From an uncultured delta proteobacterium (GTDB lineage: Bacteria > Desulfobacterota > WTBG01 > CAIYCZ01 > CAIRTM01), in contig CAWDSQ010000024.1 of NCBI GenBank assembly GCA_963804955.1, forward strand, positions 173,423 to 237,422: a stretch of DNA of 64,000 nt. The letters run 5' to 3'. Shown in pieces: positions 1 through 12,841 of the stretch (within the stretch, counting starts at the first letter, position 1; every line of letters starts with the position of its first letter). A program made the position numbers and the translations under genes. Under the pieces are notes generated by a model. It saw only the letters and a list, made by a program, of their open reading frames with translations. It was not told the origin of the DNA and made no database searches.

Positions 1-362
<362 letters not shown>

Positions 363-495
363 AATGCTTGAGAAATTACTTTGATCAACGCTATTATAAT
401 CTCAATTTTCCATATGTAATTTTCAAAGAACGGTATTAAAACAGCAAGTGACTGCTTTTTCTAAAAAAGCTTTCGCCTGCGGCTTTAATGGGGTA

Positions 496-568
496 TGGAG
501 GTAATCGGACTCGAACCGATGGCCCCCTGCGTGCAAAGCAGGTGCTCTCCCAACTGAGCTATACCCCC
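496..568 (-). tRNA. tRNA-Ala(TGC), CCA not encoded
   Basis: GGGGGTATAGCTCAGTTGGGAGAGCACCTGCTTTGCACGCAGG...GGTTCGAGTCCGATTACCTCCA; G3:U70 pair; in rRNA spacer. Confidence 0.96.
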
Positions 569-575
569 TATTTCA

Positions 576-649
576 TGGGCCTGGGTAGATTCGAACTACC
601 GACCTCACGCTTATCAGGCGTGCGCTCTTACCAGCTGAGCTACAGGCCC
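576..649 (-). tRNA. tRNA-Ile(GAT), CCA not encoded
   Basis: GGGCCTGTAGCTCAGCTGGTAAGAGCGCACGCCTGATAAGCGTGAGGTCGGTAGTTCGAATCTACCCAGGCCCA. Confidence 0.96.
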
Positions 650-753
650 ATAATTCAACCTGTACCCGAAGGCTTAAAAAAAAAGATAAATAGAGAAGGT
701 AACTGCTCGTGAGTTATTTTGCTGCTTGTGTTGCTTATTTGGTTATTACACCA

Positions 754-2318
<1,565 letters not shown>

Positions 2319-2352
2319 ATTTTTTGAAAAGTTTTAACTCAAAAGACAATTA

Positions 2353-2379
2353 ACCTTCTCTATTTATTTCAAAGAACAT
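2353..2379 (-). promoter_or_regulatory. rrn leader boxA and 16S processing-stalk arm
   Basis: TGTTCTTTGAAA boxA-like (second copy near 421-432); 2353-2367 ACCTTCTCTATTTAT is the inverted complement of 686-700 ATAAATAGAGAAGGT. Confidence 0.75.
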
Positions 2380-2400
2380 AGTGCTCTAAGGCATCTACTC

Positions 2401-2428
2401 ATTATATCCGAGTAAATTGTTTTGTCAA
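2401..2428 (-). promoter_or_regulatory. rrn promoter P2 (sigma-70)
   Basis: TTGACA-N16-TATAAT on minus strand with upstream A-tract. Confidence 0.88.
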
Positions 2429-2536
2429 CTTTTTTTTAAAAGTTTTTCATGCCTAATTGCAGCGCAAGCAAGGAACTTGAAAACTGCATAAAGACAATCA
2501 CTGACGTGCCAAAGAACAACATAAAATTATCTTGTC

Positions 2537-2565
2537 ATTATATCGTATCTAAATGATTTTGTCAA
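2537..2565 (-). promoter_or_regulatory. rrn promoter P1 (sigma-70)
   Basis: TTGACA-N17-TATAAT on minus strand with upstream A-tracts (UP-element-like). Confidence 0.88.
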
Positions 2566-2651
2566 ATCTTTTTTCATTTTTTTCATTTTTTTTGCATCTT
2601 GCTGAAATAGCTTACTTTTTTAATGCTTGCCATAAAAAAAACCGGTAGAAT

Positions 2652-3876
2652 TTACCGAATTTCTATCTTATGAAAACGCTTTTTGCCGGCACGCAGCATG
2701 ATAATGCCGTTTTTAACGTGAGCAGGGTGTAATCCTTGTGTCAAATTGATCAAGCCGCTCTCCATTGATATAAGCGCCGCCTTCGGCAACAAGGCGCCGG
2801 GCATCACTGCGGGAACTGCAGAGGCCGGCTTCGGTAAAGAGCATAAATGCCGCTACCCCCTCTTCCAGCCGGCGTGGCTCAACGACCGTTGTCGGCACAG
2901 AGTCCAGATTTGCCCCGTCACCATAAAAAACGCTGCGGGCGCTTTCCTGCGCCTGTGCAGCTGCATCGCTGCCGTGGGTTATGGCTGTTGCCTCAAATGC
3001 CAGCCGCTGCTTTGCTGTATTAATATTTGCTCCCTGCGCAGTCAGACAGCCTATCTCTTCCATGGAAAGAAAGGTAAAAAACGCAAGAAAGCGGGCGACA
3101 TCGCGGTCATCGGCATTTACCCAGTACTGATAATATTCATAGGCGGAGGTTCTTTCGGCATCAAGCCAGACAGCCCCCTTCTCCGTTTTCCCCATTTTGG
3201 CCCCTGCAGCCGTCGTAATCAGCGGAAAGGTCAGCCCGTAGGATTCCCTGCCTTCAACACGGCGGATAAGGTCAATGCCGGCTACAATATTACCCCACTG
3301 GTCATTGCCGCCTATCTGCAGCATGCAGGTATGATTTTGATTAAGATACAGAAAATCATATGACTGCAGAAGCATGTAATTAAACTCAATAAAGTTCAGT
3401 CCTGTTTCGAGACGCTTTTTATATGACTCGGCGGCTATCATTCTGTTGACGCTGAAATGCCTGCCGATATCGCGCAAAAAATCTATATAGCGCACCGGCA
3501 CGAGCCAGTCGGCATTATTGAGCAGCATCGCGGCAGAGCCGCCGCTGAAATCGATATACCGGGCAAACTGCTCTTTTATTTTTTTACCGTTTTCCTCGAC
3601 CTCTTCACAGGAAAGGATTTTACGCATCTCATTCTTGCCGCTGGGATCACCGATCAGCGCCGTGCCGCCGCCCAGAAGAACGATGGGGCGATGACCGGCC
3701 CGCTGCATATGGGCAAGGGCCATAATCGGCAGCAAATGGCCCACATGCAGGCTCGAAGCCGTCGGGTCAAAGCCGGCATAGCAGGTAAGCGGCCCTTGAA
3801 GCGCATCTCGAAGAGCCGGCTCATTGGTCACCTGCTCGACAAAGCCGCGTTCTTTGAGAATGTCGTAAATGCTCAT
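2652..3876 (-). CDS. tyrS: Tyrosyl-tRNA synthetase (frameshift near 2725)
   Basis: GFDPTA..LHVGH, QIGGNDQWGN, KMGKT; S4-like tail VKNGIIMLRAGKKRFH continues in another frame. Confidence 0.95.
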
Positions 3877-3972
3877 AGCGAACTCCGCCTTTTTAAATGT
3901 AAAACTATAAATCCTGTTTGCAGTGCAGCTCAGGTTACTGTTTACGCATACGCCATCATCTGCGCAAAACTC

Positions 3973-4000
3973 GCAGGGGCGGTTCGCGAACCGCCCCTAC
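3973..4000. repeat. GTAG-type REP-like palindrome
   Basis: Minus strand reads GTAGGGGCGGTTCGCGAACCGCCCCTGC, a near-perfect intergenic palindrome. Confidence 0.65.
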
Positions 4001-4077
4001 ATTTTCATATCAGATTGCAGGTTGGGCTGCGCCCACCTTATCAATACCCTGCGCAGCCGCTACTACGGCTGAAACCA

Positions 4078-5641
4078 TTACTTTGCATACTCAATTGCGC
4101 GGGTCTCACGTATGACGGTGACTTTTATCTGCCCCGGATAGGTAAGGGACTCCTCAATCTTCTTGGCAAGATCCTTTGAAAGAACCACCGCGCCATCATC
4201 GTTTATATCGCCGCTTTCAACCATGACACGTATTTCGCGGCCGGCCTGCACGGCATAGGATTTGCTGACGCCCTTAAAGGCATTGGCAATATCCTCAAGG
4301 TCCCGGAGATGCTTGACATAGGTCATCAGCATTTCGCGCCGGGCCCCCGGCCGCGCTGCGGACAGGGCATCAGCGGCCTGCACAAGCACCGCAAGCACGG
4401 TCTGCGCCTTGACATCATCATGATGGGCAGCTATGGCATGAATGATCTCTTCAGCCTCGCCGTGCTTCTTTGCAAGGTCGGCGCCGATAAGGGCGTGCGA
4501 CCCTTCAACTTCATGATCAACGGCTTTGCCGATATCATGCAGCAGCCCCGCACGCTTGGCAGACTTGACATTGATGCCGAGTTCGGATGCCATCATGCCG
4601 CACAGGTAGGAGACCTCCAGAGAGTGCTGGAGCACATTCTGATCATAGCTGGTGCGGAATTTCAATCGTCCCAGCAGGCGCAGCAGCTCGGGATTTATTT
4701 TCTGAATGCCGACATCAAAGGTTACCTGCTCTCCGGCCTCCCGAATGGTGTTGTCCACCTCGCCCCTGACCTTCTCCACGATCTCTTCTATCCGCGAGGG
4801 GTGAATGCGGCCGTCGGTAATCAGTTTTTCCAGAGCGATGCGCGCAACTTCGCGACGTATAGGATCAAAGGATGATATCAGTATTGTTTCAGGCGTATCG
4901 TCAATGATCAGATCAACGCCGGTAATCTGCTCAATAGCGCGGATATTGCGGCCTTCGCGGCCGATAATGCGCCCCTTCATCTCATCATTGGGAAGGGCCA
5001 CCACGGATACGGTCTTCTCTGCGACATAATCGGCGCTGTAGCGCTGTATGGCTATGGCAATGATATTGCGGGCAATCTTATCGGCATTCTCTTTGGTTTC
5101 CTCCTCGATCCTGCGTATGGTTCGTGCAGACTCATGCTTGGCCTCATTTTCCAGGTTTTGCATCAGAATCTTTTTCGCCTCCTCGGAGGTCATGCCCGAT
5201 ATGCGCTCAAGCTTACGCTTCTGCTCTTCAAGAGACTGCGTATACTGGTCCTCCATGTCCTTCACGGCCTTTTCCTGCGCCGAAAGGGTCTTTTCACGTT
5301 TTGCAATGGTGATTTCCTTCTGATCGACCAGTCCGACCTTCTTTTCGAGGTTTTCCTCCCTCTGCGCAAGCCGCTTTTCCTGCTTTTGCATTTCGAACTT
5401 CTTGTTGCGCGACTCCTTTTCAAACTCTGCCTTTGTGCGGTACAGCTCTTCTTTGGCCTGCAGTTTGGCCTCCTTTCACAAGCGTGTCTGCTTCCTTTTT
5501 TGCTTCATTTATAAGCTTGCCGACCGTCTCTTCAGCAGAAGATATTTTATTTTCTATAATTTTTTTTCTTAGAAAAAATCCTACGACGATTCCGGCGACA
5601 GCACCGGAGATACCGGCTAGTGCTATGTATATCGGGTCCAA
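4078..5641 (-). CDS. rny: Ribonuclease Y (frameshift near 5470)
   Basis: N-terminal TM helix, coiled coil, KH domain [15 protein letters not shown] motif LLHDIGK, C-terminal [12 protein letters not shown]. Confidence 0.96.
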
Positions 5642-6131
5642 AGTTATTCCTCCTTTATCTGATTATTATATGTAGCAGCCGTAAGGCGATGTTACGACCG
5701 GTTGCTCGTATACCAAGCATATCTTTAACCGGCACATTCATCAACTTTACGCTGATGAGCAGCACCTGCACTGAAAAAAATTCCCGGACTTGTGAGAACT
5801 GTGAACGGAATGAAAGGCTGGCTGCAGAAGGTCTTTTACAATAAAAACATTATGCGGATTTATAGCTGCTGTTAGAAACACATCCCATTGAATGAACAGG
5901 CATTAAAAACAAACCATCGTATATGCCCTGTGGGTACTCTGTATAAATGTTTAAAGGCCTTACACACCTTTTTTAAGCTCTTTTACTCCGCTATGCTTTC
6001 ATTCACAGTTCTGTCTGAAAATCTATACACAAGGGCTTTTTAAATCCCCATATTAAAAAACAGTTCCCTCCAAGAAAAATTTTATATAATTAATAGAATT
6101 TAACCGTATAGGTGAAACGAGTATACATACT

Positions 6132-6410
6132 TTACAATCGCGAATCAATCAGTTTTACAAGCCGCTCAGAATCCGCCTCAATGCTTCCGGCCAGACTCTT
6201 TAGTGCATCATCCTTTTTAATACAGTCATCTGCAAGATTTAAGGCCACCAGAACCATCAGGTTGAACGTATCTGCCGTCGCCCCTGTTTTGCGAGCCTGA
6301 TCTATCTGATCATTAAGGAAATTTTCAACGCGCGCCACATGCTCTGCGTCATGTGTGCCCTTGAGCAGATAGGTCTGCCCCATTACCGTTATTTGAAAAC
6401 TTTCCCCCAT
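6132..6410 (-). CDS. zapA: Cell division protein ZapA
   Basis: ITVMGQTY...VLVALNLAD pattern; usual position upstream of rny. Confidence 0.85.
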   Translation of the reverse strand: MGESFQITVMGQTYLLKGTHDAEHVARVENFLNDQIDQARKTGATADTFNLMVLVALNLADDCIKKDDALKSLAGSIEADSERLVKLIDSRL

Positions 6411-6425
6411 CTAGATATACCTATG

Positions 6426-6653
6426 CTATATGCCGAGCTCCTCGATTTTAGCCAGTATTGCATCTACCCGCTGACTGACCGCACCACGCTCACTGGAGAA
6501 CTCATCTATTTTTTTAATCATCTGGTCGCGCTCCTGTGCGTGAGCAGATATCTGCTGCTCAATTGCCTCTTTTTCTTTTACAACGGTTTCATACTTTTCA
6601 ATAATCAGTTCAACCTTGTGAGCCAGCGTATCAAATGCATTCAGAGTATCCAT
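6426..6653 (-). CDS. zapB: Coiled-coil protein, ZapB-like
   Basis: Short all-coiled-coil ORF directly upstream of zapA. Confidence 0.6.
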   Translation of the reverse strand: MDTLNAFDTLAHKVELIIEKYETVVKEKEAIEQQISAHAQERDQMIKKIDEFSSERGAVSQRVDAILAKIEELGI

Positions 6654-6897
6654 CCATAACCTCAAGCAATTAAATTAATATTTTACCAGTTAAGTTAAAA
6701 GGTTATATGCTAAAAGTCAAGCTGTTTCTTAAGGCAACAGCAACCCTCGTAGCAGTTGGCTTGATGTAGCCTTAAAAGGGCATACTAAAAAAAACACGCT
6801 GTGTTGCCGTTGCCTTCTCCAGGGATACATCGCCACAGGCGATGGTTTGCGTGAAGACAATGAAACAGCAGCCCCTGACCATCAATGGTCATTCCAT

Positions 6898-7962
6898 TTA
6901 CAGACGGAACACCTGCCAGTTAAAAGATTGAATTTTCTTTACTTTTTCTATACTCGAGCGGGTCGCCGGCAGAATCATGGAATCTTCAAAAAAACCTGCA
7001 TGCGTATCGGCCGGTGACCCGCAGCTATCGCTCAATGCACGAAGGGTTTGCTTAACTGATTGCGCAATGCCTTGCAGATGATAGCCGCCCTCAAGGACAA
7101 ACAGCAGCCTGCCGCCGCATACAGTTTCAGCGAGTTGCCTGATAATCCTTGTCATGTCATAAAAACCCTGAGGGGTGACATCCATAGTACCAAGCGGATC
7201 ATGCTGGTAAATGTCAAACCCCGCTGACACCAGCACAAATTGGGGCTGGTACTCAACGGCAAGCGGCACAAGTATCTCATTGAAAATACTTGCATAATCA
7301 CCGTCGCCCTGCCCACCTGACAGAGGAACATTTACCGTAAAACCCCGGCCTGCATTTTCCCCTGTCTCTTCAAAAGCACCTGTTCCCGGATAGTAGGGAT
7401 ACTGGTGAGTCGACACATACAGCACCCGCGGGTCAGCATAAAAAGAGTGCTGCGTTCCGTTGCCGTGATGGATATCCCAGTCGACAATCAGAACCCGCTG
7501 CATTTTATGCTTTTCAAGCAAATAACGGGCTCCGATAGCTGCATTATTAAAAAGGCAGAATCCCATTGCATGGCTGTTTTCGGCATGATGACCCGGGGGG
7601 CGAACCAGAGCAAAACCATTATCGGCCGCACCTGAAAGTATCATATCAATACCGTCCAGCACTGCGCCCACAGCATGTGCAGCTGCATCCCAGGAACCTT
7701 CAGACGTGCCCGTATCGGGATCAAGACTAGAGGGCGGCCTGCCTGCCGTGGCGGCTATACGCTCTATATATGCCGGAGAATGATTCAGGGCAATTTCAGC
7801 TTTTGTTGCCCTTCGCGGTGAAATCTCTTCGAAACATCCTGCCATATCCCCGTCCTGAAGCATGGCATAGATTGCTTCCAGACGCTCAGGACTCTCCGGA
7901 TGGCCATGCTGCGTTACATGGCCAAGGAAGCATGTGTCCTTAAAAATAACGGTTCTTCCCAT
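6898..7962 (-). CDS. Zn-dependent histone deacetylase family protein
   Basis: HPESPERL, RPPGHHA, GFC, DWDIHHGNGTQ, EGGY motifs. Confidence 0.92.
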   Translation of the reverse strand: MGRTVIFKDTCFLGHVTQHGHPESPERLEAIYAMLQDGDMAGCFEEISPRRATKAEIALNHSPAYIERIAATAGRPPSSLDPDTGTSEGSWDAAAHAVGAVLDGIDMILSGAADNGFALVRPPGHHAENSHAMGFCLFNNAAIGARYLLEKHKMQRVLIVDWDIHHGNGTQHSFYADPRVLYVSTHQYPYYPGTGAFEETGENAGRGFTVNVPLSGGQGDGDYASIFNEILVPLAVEYQPQFVLVSAGFDIYQHDPLGTMDVTPQGFYDMTRIIRQLAETVCGGRLLFVLEGGYHLQGIAQSVKQTLRALSDSCGSPADTHAGFFEDSMILPATRSSIEKVKKIQSFNWQVFRL

Positions 7963-8077
7963 GGCATTGCTCCGCTATAATTTATTCCGGATGTTATGTT
8001 GACAATACTGTAAAAAGCGGCTACAAACAACAAAAAGATTTAATAAAATACCACTATAAAAACAGGCTGTAGTAACT

Positions 8078-8329
8078 ATGTTCGGCTTGGGATTTCAGGA
8101 AATTATTATCATCCTCGTTGTTGCGCTGCTTATTATCGGGCCGCGCAAGCTGCCTGATCTGGCAAAATCGCTGGGCAAAGCATTTCGTGAATTCAAGCAT
8201 GCAACAGACGACATCAAACAGAATTTTGATCTTGACTCGCTGACACGGGAAGCCCCCCCTCCCCTATCAAAAAAAACATCCCCGACTGACGACGAAGCGC
8301 AAAAAACAGATCACAAAGAACCCGCGTAA
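8078..8329 (+). CDS. tatB: Tat translocase TatA/TatB-family subunit
   Basis: MFGLGFQE..IIGPRKLPDLAKSLG; coupled to tatC. Confidence 0.8.
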   Translation: MFGLGFQEIIIILVVALLIIGPRKLPDLAKSLGKAFREFKHATDDIKQNFDLDSLTREAPPPLSKKTSPTDDEAQKTDHKEPA

Positions 8330-9066
8330 TGGAAGAAGAAAAACTCCCCCTGACCTCACATCTGGAAGAACTGCGCAAACGCCTGGTAATCAGCCTTATC
8401 GCTACGGGCATCGGTTTCTGTGCCTGCTACGGATTCTCAGAGCAGATATTTCTACTGTTATCCGCCCCGCTTATTAAAGCCATGCCCGAAGGCAGCTCGT
8501 TCATATTCACCGGCGTTACGGAAGCCTTTTTCACCTACCTGAAGCTTGCTTTCTTTGCAGGGATATTTGTCGCGAGCCCTGTCATTATTTACCAGATATG
8601 GGCCTTCGTCGCCCCCGGTCTGTATGAAAAGGAGCGCAGCAGCATACTGCCGTTTGTCTTTCTGGCTGTTTTCTTCTTTATCGGCGGAACGGCTTTCGGC
8701 TATTTCATCGTCTTTCCCTCGGCCTTCAAGTTTTTCCTCACCTATAATACGCAGTATGTAAAAATCATGCCCTCAATAGGTGAATACCTTTCTTTCAGCT
8801 GCATTTTTCTGCTGGCATTCGGCGTTGTATTTGAAATGCCGGTCTTCATAATCTGTCTGGCCCGTCTCGGGATCATTACCCATAATCAACTTCGAAAATA
8901 CCGCAAAATGGTCATTATAGGTATTTTCATCTCTGCGGCAATACTGACGCCGACGCCGGATGCAGTCAATCAATTGCTGATGGCCGTGCCAATGCTGGTT
9001 TTATACGAGCTGAGTATTATTGCCGTACGGTTTTTTGAAAAAAAAAGGAGAGCTCAAATTGATTAG
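8329..9066 (+). CDS. tatC: Tat translocase TatC
   Basis: SHLEELRKRL, WAFVAPGLY, FEMP, TPTPD motifs. Confidence 0.95.
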   Translation: MEEEKLPLTSHLEELRKRLVISLIATGIGFCACYGFSEQIFLLLSAPLIKAMPEGSSFIFTGVTEAFFTYLKLAFFAGIFVASPVIIYQIWAFVAPGLYEKERSSILPFVFLAVFFFIGGTAFGYFIVFPSAFKFFLTYNTQYVKIMPSIGEYLSFSCIFLLAFGVVFEMPVFIICLARLGIITHNQLRKYRKMVIIGIFISAAILTPTPDAVNQLLMAVPMLVLYELSIIAVRFFEKKRRAQID

Positions 9067-10171
9067 CTGAGTTTCTGCAGTTTTTTTCTGAATGCCGCCA
9101 TAAGCCGATACCCGTCATGAACCGGCTGTTCTGCAAGCTGCTGCAAAATTTTTTTCTCCATGCGCGATATCTTTTTGGGCATTTCGATATGAAAGCGGTA
9201 CACCATGTCCCCCTGTTTGCCGCTCTTCTCAGACACAGCCCCCGTGCCTTTAAGCCGAACCTCAGCTCCGCTCTGTAAGCCTCTTGCAATCTTTATCTTT
9301 TTTACACCTTCAAGAGCAGGCACCGTCACATATCCTCCCAGCATGGCCTGATAGAATGGAATTGGAACAGAACAGATAATATCAAGGCCGTCGCGCTCAA
9401 AAAACGGGTGCTTTTCCACATGCACAACGACCATAAAATCACCCGCTGCGCCACCATCCCGGCCCCGCAGCCCCATACCGCGCACCTGGAGCCGTGCTCC
9501 GGTTTCTACACCGCCTGGAATTTTTATGTGAACCGGCCGCTCAGACCAGGCAGTGCCTTTTCCTTTGCACCGCGGGCACTGCGCAGTGGCTGTTTTCCCC
9601 GCTCCCTTACAGGCTGTGCATTGATGCGGCAGGCCGCGCCGGTCGTTGACCTGGCCACTGCCCCGGCATTGCGCACAGGCAACCAGCTTTGAGCCGGCCC
9701 GTATTCCTGTGCCACGGCACTGCGGGCAGGACTCCCAAAAAGGGGATATGAATCTCGGCATCGCATCCGAGGGCGGCATCTCTGAAACTCACTTTCAGAT
9801 TCCGCCGAAGGTCATGCCCCTTTATTGCCTCTATTTTTGGGCCCGTCCTGTCGAAAATAAAACCCCTCATAAAAATCACGCAGCATTTCGTCACGGGGCA
9901 TATAAAAATCGTTGCGCGGCGGGGGCGTGGTTTCGCGGCGTTTAAACTCAGCGGCCTGACGGCGCACAACCATATCATATTCGATGCGTTTCTCAGCATT
10001 GCCAATGGTTGCATAGGCCTCATTCACGAGCTTGAATTTCTCTTCGGCAAGTTCATCACCCTGATTTCTGTCAGGGTGATAGTTCATCGCAAGGCTTCGG
10101 TAGGCTTTCTTTATAGAGGCTGCGCTTGCCGTATGCTCAACACCCAGCACCCTGTAGTAATCAGGCTTCAC
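9063..10171 (-). CDS. DnaJ-family co-chaperone with J domain and zinc finger (frameshift near 9815)
   Basis: [14 protein letters not shown], four CxxCxGxG repeats, DnaJ C-terminal domain; GTG start overlaps upstream stop. Confidence 0.88.
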
Positions 10172-11176
10172 GCGCCCCCCTGCTGTGCAGCCATCACTTC
10201 GGGGTAATAGCACATCGTGGCTCTGCACGAACGCTTGTAGGTTGCCGTATACAGCATGCGGGCGGCTGTGCGATATGCCGCCTGCGTTGGGCTTTCATCA
10301 AGCATGTCCAGAAGGGTTTTAAGAAACTCCACATCGCGCAGCTTGCGCTCAAGGGGGTTTCCGCGCCCGACGACTTTCAGGCTTCCGATGCCGAGCTTTT
10401 TAAATTCATACAGGGCGCAGGCGCCGCAGGGATGGTCGTCAACATGCACGCGCTCCCATATGCGCTGCCGCTCTATCATGCAGGCCTGCCGCATGAACGG
10501 CACACTCTGATCGCGGGAAGCTATCTGCACCTCAAAAGGCAGCATGCAGGCATTTTTAAACATGGGGGGCACCTCTTTGCGCGCCAGCCCGTGCTGAAAT
10601 GTGCAGAAGCCGTCAATATTTATGCAGCGGGAATTGAGAACAAAAGCCGTTGTTTCCATGGGCGGCATCTGCGCCGTAATATCCTCTGATTTCCGCAATC
10701 GAGAGATGGCGGGGAAAGGTGATATTGCAGGCGCCCAGCTGTTTAAAAAAAGCTGCGGAGCGCCAGTTAAACACCGTGCCGCCGGTGCTGATATGTATGG
10801 CCGCCGGATAGCTCTGTTCTTTTATAAACTGCAGCAGCCCGAAATCGGTAATGATAAAAGCATCAACCCCTGATGCTGCCGCCTCGTCAAGATACCACCT
10901 GATAAGATCGTATTGCGCCTGCGTATAGTAATGCTCATTGACCGTAAAGTATACAGGAATGCCCAGGCCGTGAGCTCTGCCGACAGCCTCTTTCAAATCT
11001 TCAAAGCGCCGAAAATGCCCTTTGCCGGCAGGCCGCCTGTTTATGGATATAACCGGATATTTCTCATACCAGCTGTCTTCCAGGACTCCGCAGAAGAATT
11101 CACCTGCTCCGGCCTTTGCAAGCCCGTCGACTTCTTCGATGCTGTCAAGCGGCGATAGTATCTTCATTGCTTTCAT
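10168..11176 (-). CDS. U32-family Fe-S protein (frameshift near 10685)
   Basis: [43 protein letters not shown]. Confidence 0.82.
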
Positions 11177-11178
11177 AC

Positions 11179-11977
11179 TCAGACCGGCAGCTCCGGCTGC
11201 ACGACAATACGGTCGACCTGCTGCCGGGTAACGGCATCGGGTATGGATTCATGTATAAAAAAAACGGCATTGCCCCGACGGATAAGCGGCAGGGTCATGA
11301 CGGGATTATACAAATTAAAGCTGTACTTCAGGCATTCTCTGCCGCAGGGGAAAATGCCGGTAGAGCCCATCTTTGCCGGATCATCGCAGTTCGCGCTCAG
11401 GCAGAAACGGGTTGCCGAAACAAAAGCAAACGGTACATACAGCGACTTGTGAAGGCTGGCGTCAGTGCCCTCCAGGTGCAGACCCTGCAGAAGATTATCA
11501 AACTCCACGCGGCTCGATGCCCTGCTGCGTCAAAAAACGCACGGCTGCCGGCACGTCAAGATTGGAGCCCTGAAAGTAGTCCTGCGTTTCGACGGGAAGC
11601 TGATCGAAAATATTCATAATGCGGGGCCCGCGCTTGCTCTTGTTGAGCAGTCTTCCGAGCACGGGATTGAGATCAGGATACTCACTGCGCAGCAGCTGAA
11701 GAACACCCCAGTCATTCACAACCACTTCAGCATCAGGCAGGGTCTGCGCAAGCACGGGCAGCAGATCTTCAAGCAGCGCAAGGCCCCGGTTTGTCACAAA
11801 CGGGGTCATAAAGGTAAATGCGAGGGATCTTTCGCGGGCGCTGCGCAGTGCCGTTTCAAGCTCATGCCGCGGCGGTATCAGCCGCTCGCAAAATTCCGCT
11901 CCGAAATACAGCCGCGTAAAATCATCGCTTGCGTAGTGCAGGTGATCGACACTGTTTATATAAACTGCCTGTTCCAT
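11179..11977 (-). CDS. Divergent U32-like partner protein (frameshift near 11510)
   Basis: YFGAEFCE, VVVNDWG, LGRLL, TRFC, CGREC, RGNAVF; adjacent to U32 gene. Confidence 0.6.
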
Positions 11978-12070
11978 ATACTGTCCAAGGAAAGCGCCCC
12001 GAAGCACCTGCTGCTGCACCATGACCGGCAGCCGCTCTCACCACGCCGGGTCATGAGCACAAGGCAGCGG

Positions 12071-12685
12071 TCAGTCAAACGGCGTTTCATTCATCAGGCG
12101 CACGACCGGGACGCCGTCAAAAAAATCTATAATATTCAGGCCTCCATACGCCTGATCAATACGGGGTATCATTTTCAAATCAAGCCCGAGGGCATGACAC
12201 AGAATAACACGGTTCACACCGCCATGGGCAACCAGCAGTATATTTTTGCCCTGGTGCTGATCAAGGCAGGCTGTCAGGCGCGGTATCACACGGTCGCGCA
12301 TGTCGATAAAACTTTCGCCGCCCTGTATCCTGTAGCCCGCTATATCCGCGGAGCGTTGATCAAACTCCTGAGTAAAACGCGCCGTAATCTCTTCGCGGGT
12401 CAAGCCCTCCCACTGTCCGAGATGTATCTCCCTGAAAGCAGGCTCCGCTGCCGGCTCAAGACCGATAGCTTTGCCGATAATCCAGGCAGACTCTACCGTG
12501 CGCATAAGGTCGCTGGACAGCAGCACATCTATTTTTTCCATGCTCAGCCTTCGGGCAAGACGGGATATCTGGGCCCTGCCTTTATCATTGAGAGCCACAT
12601 CCATATGCCCCACATACCGCCATTCATGGGAGGTGACGAGCTCGCCATGCCGCGCAAGATAGAGCCGGGTCCGGCCGGCGCTCAT
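12071..12685 (-). CDS. Histidine phosphatase family protein (CobC/PhoE-like)
   Basis: YLARHG, SSDLMR, GESF, VAHGGVNR. Confidence 0.9.
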   Translation of the reverse strand: MSAGRTRLYLARHGELVTSHEWRYVGHMDVALNDKGRAQISRLARRLSMEKIDVLLSSDLMRTVESAWIIGKAIGLEPAAEPAFREIHLGQWEGLTREEITARFTQEFDQRSADIAGYRIQGGESFIDMRDRVIPRLTACLDQHQGKNILLVAHGGVNRVILCHALGLDLKMIPRIDQAYGGLNIIDFFDGVPVVRLMNETPFD

Positions 12686-12841
12686 CTGCTCAAGCTCACG
12701 GTGTAAGGAAAAACGGAGTCGATGCGTTTTTCTGCTCAATAGTCAGGGAACTGCTCATGGTGTGATCAGTATGAAAATAATGGGGTTGTTAACGCATACA
12801 AACACAGCGCCGCCCATACCGCGCATCTCTGCAAAGCAGCC

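Noticed and set aside
11465..12706. 413-aa plus-strand ORF and other long antisense ORFs (2746-3363, 42430-43386, 58486-59421)
   Set aside because: Antisense to well-supported genes, with no recognisable motifs
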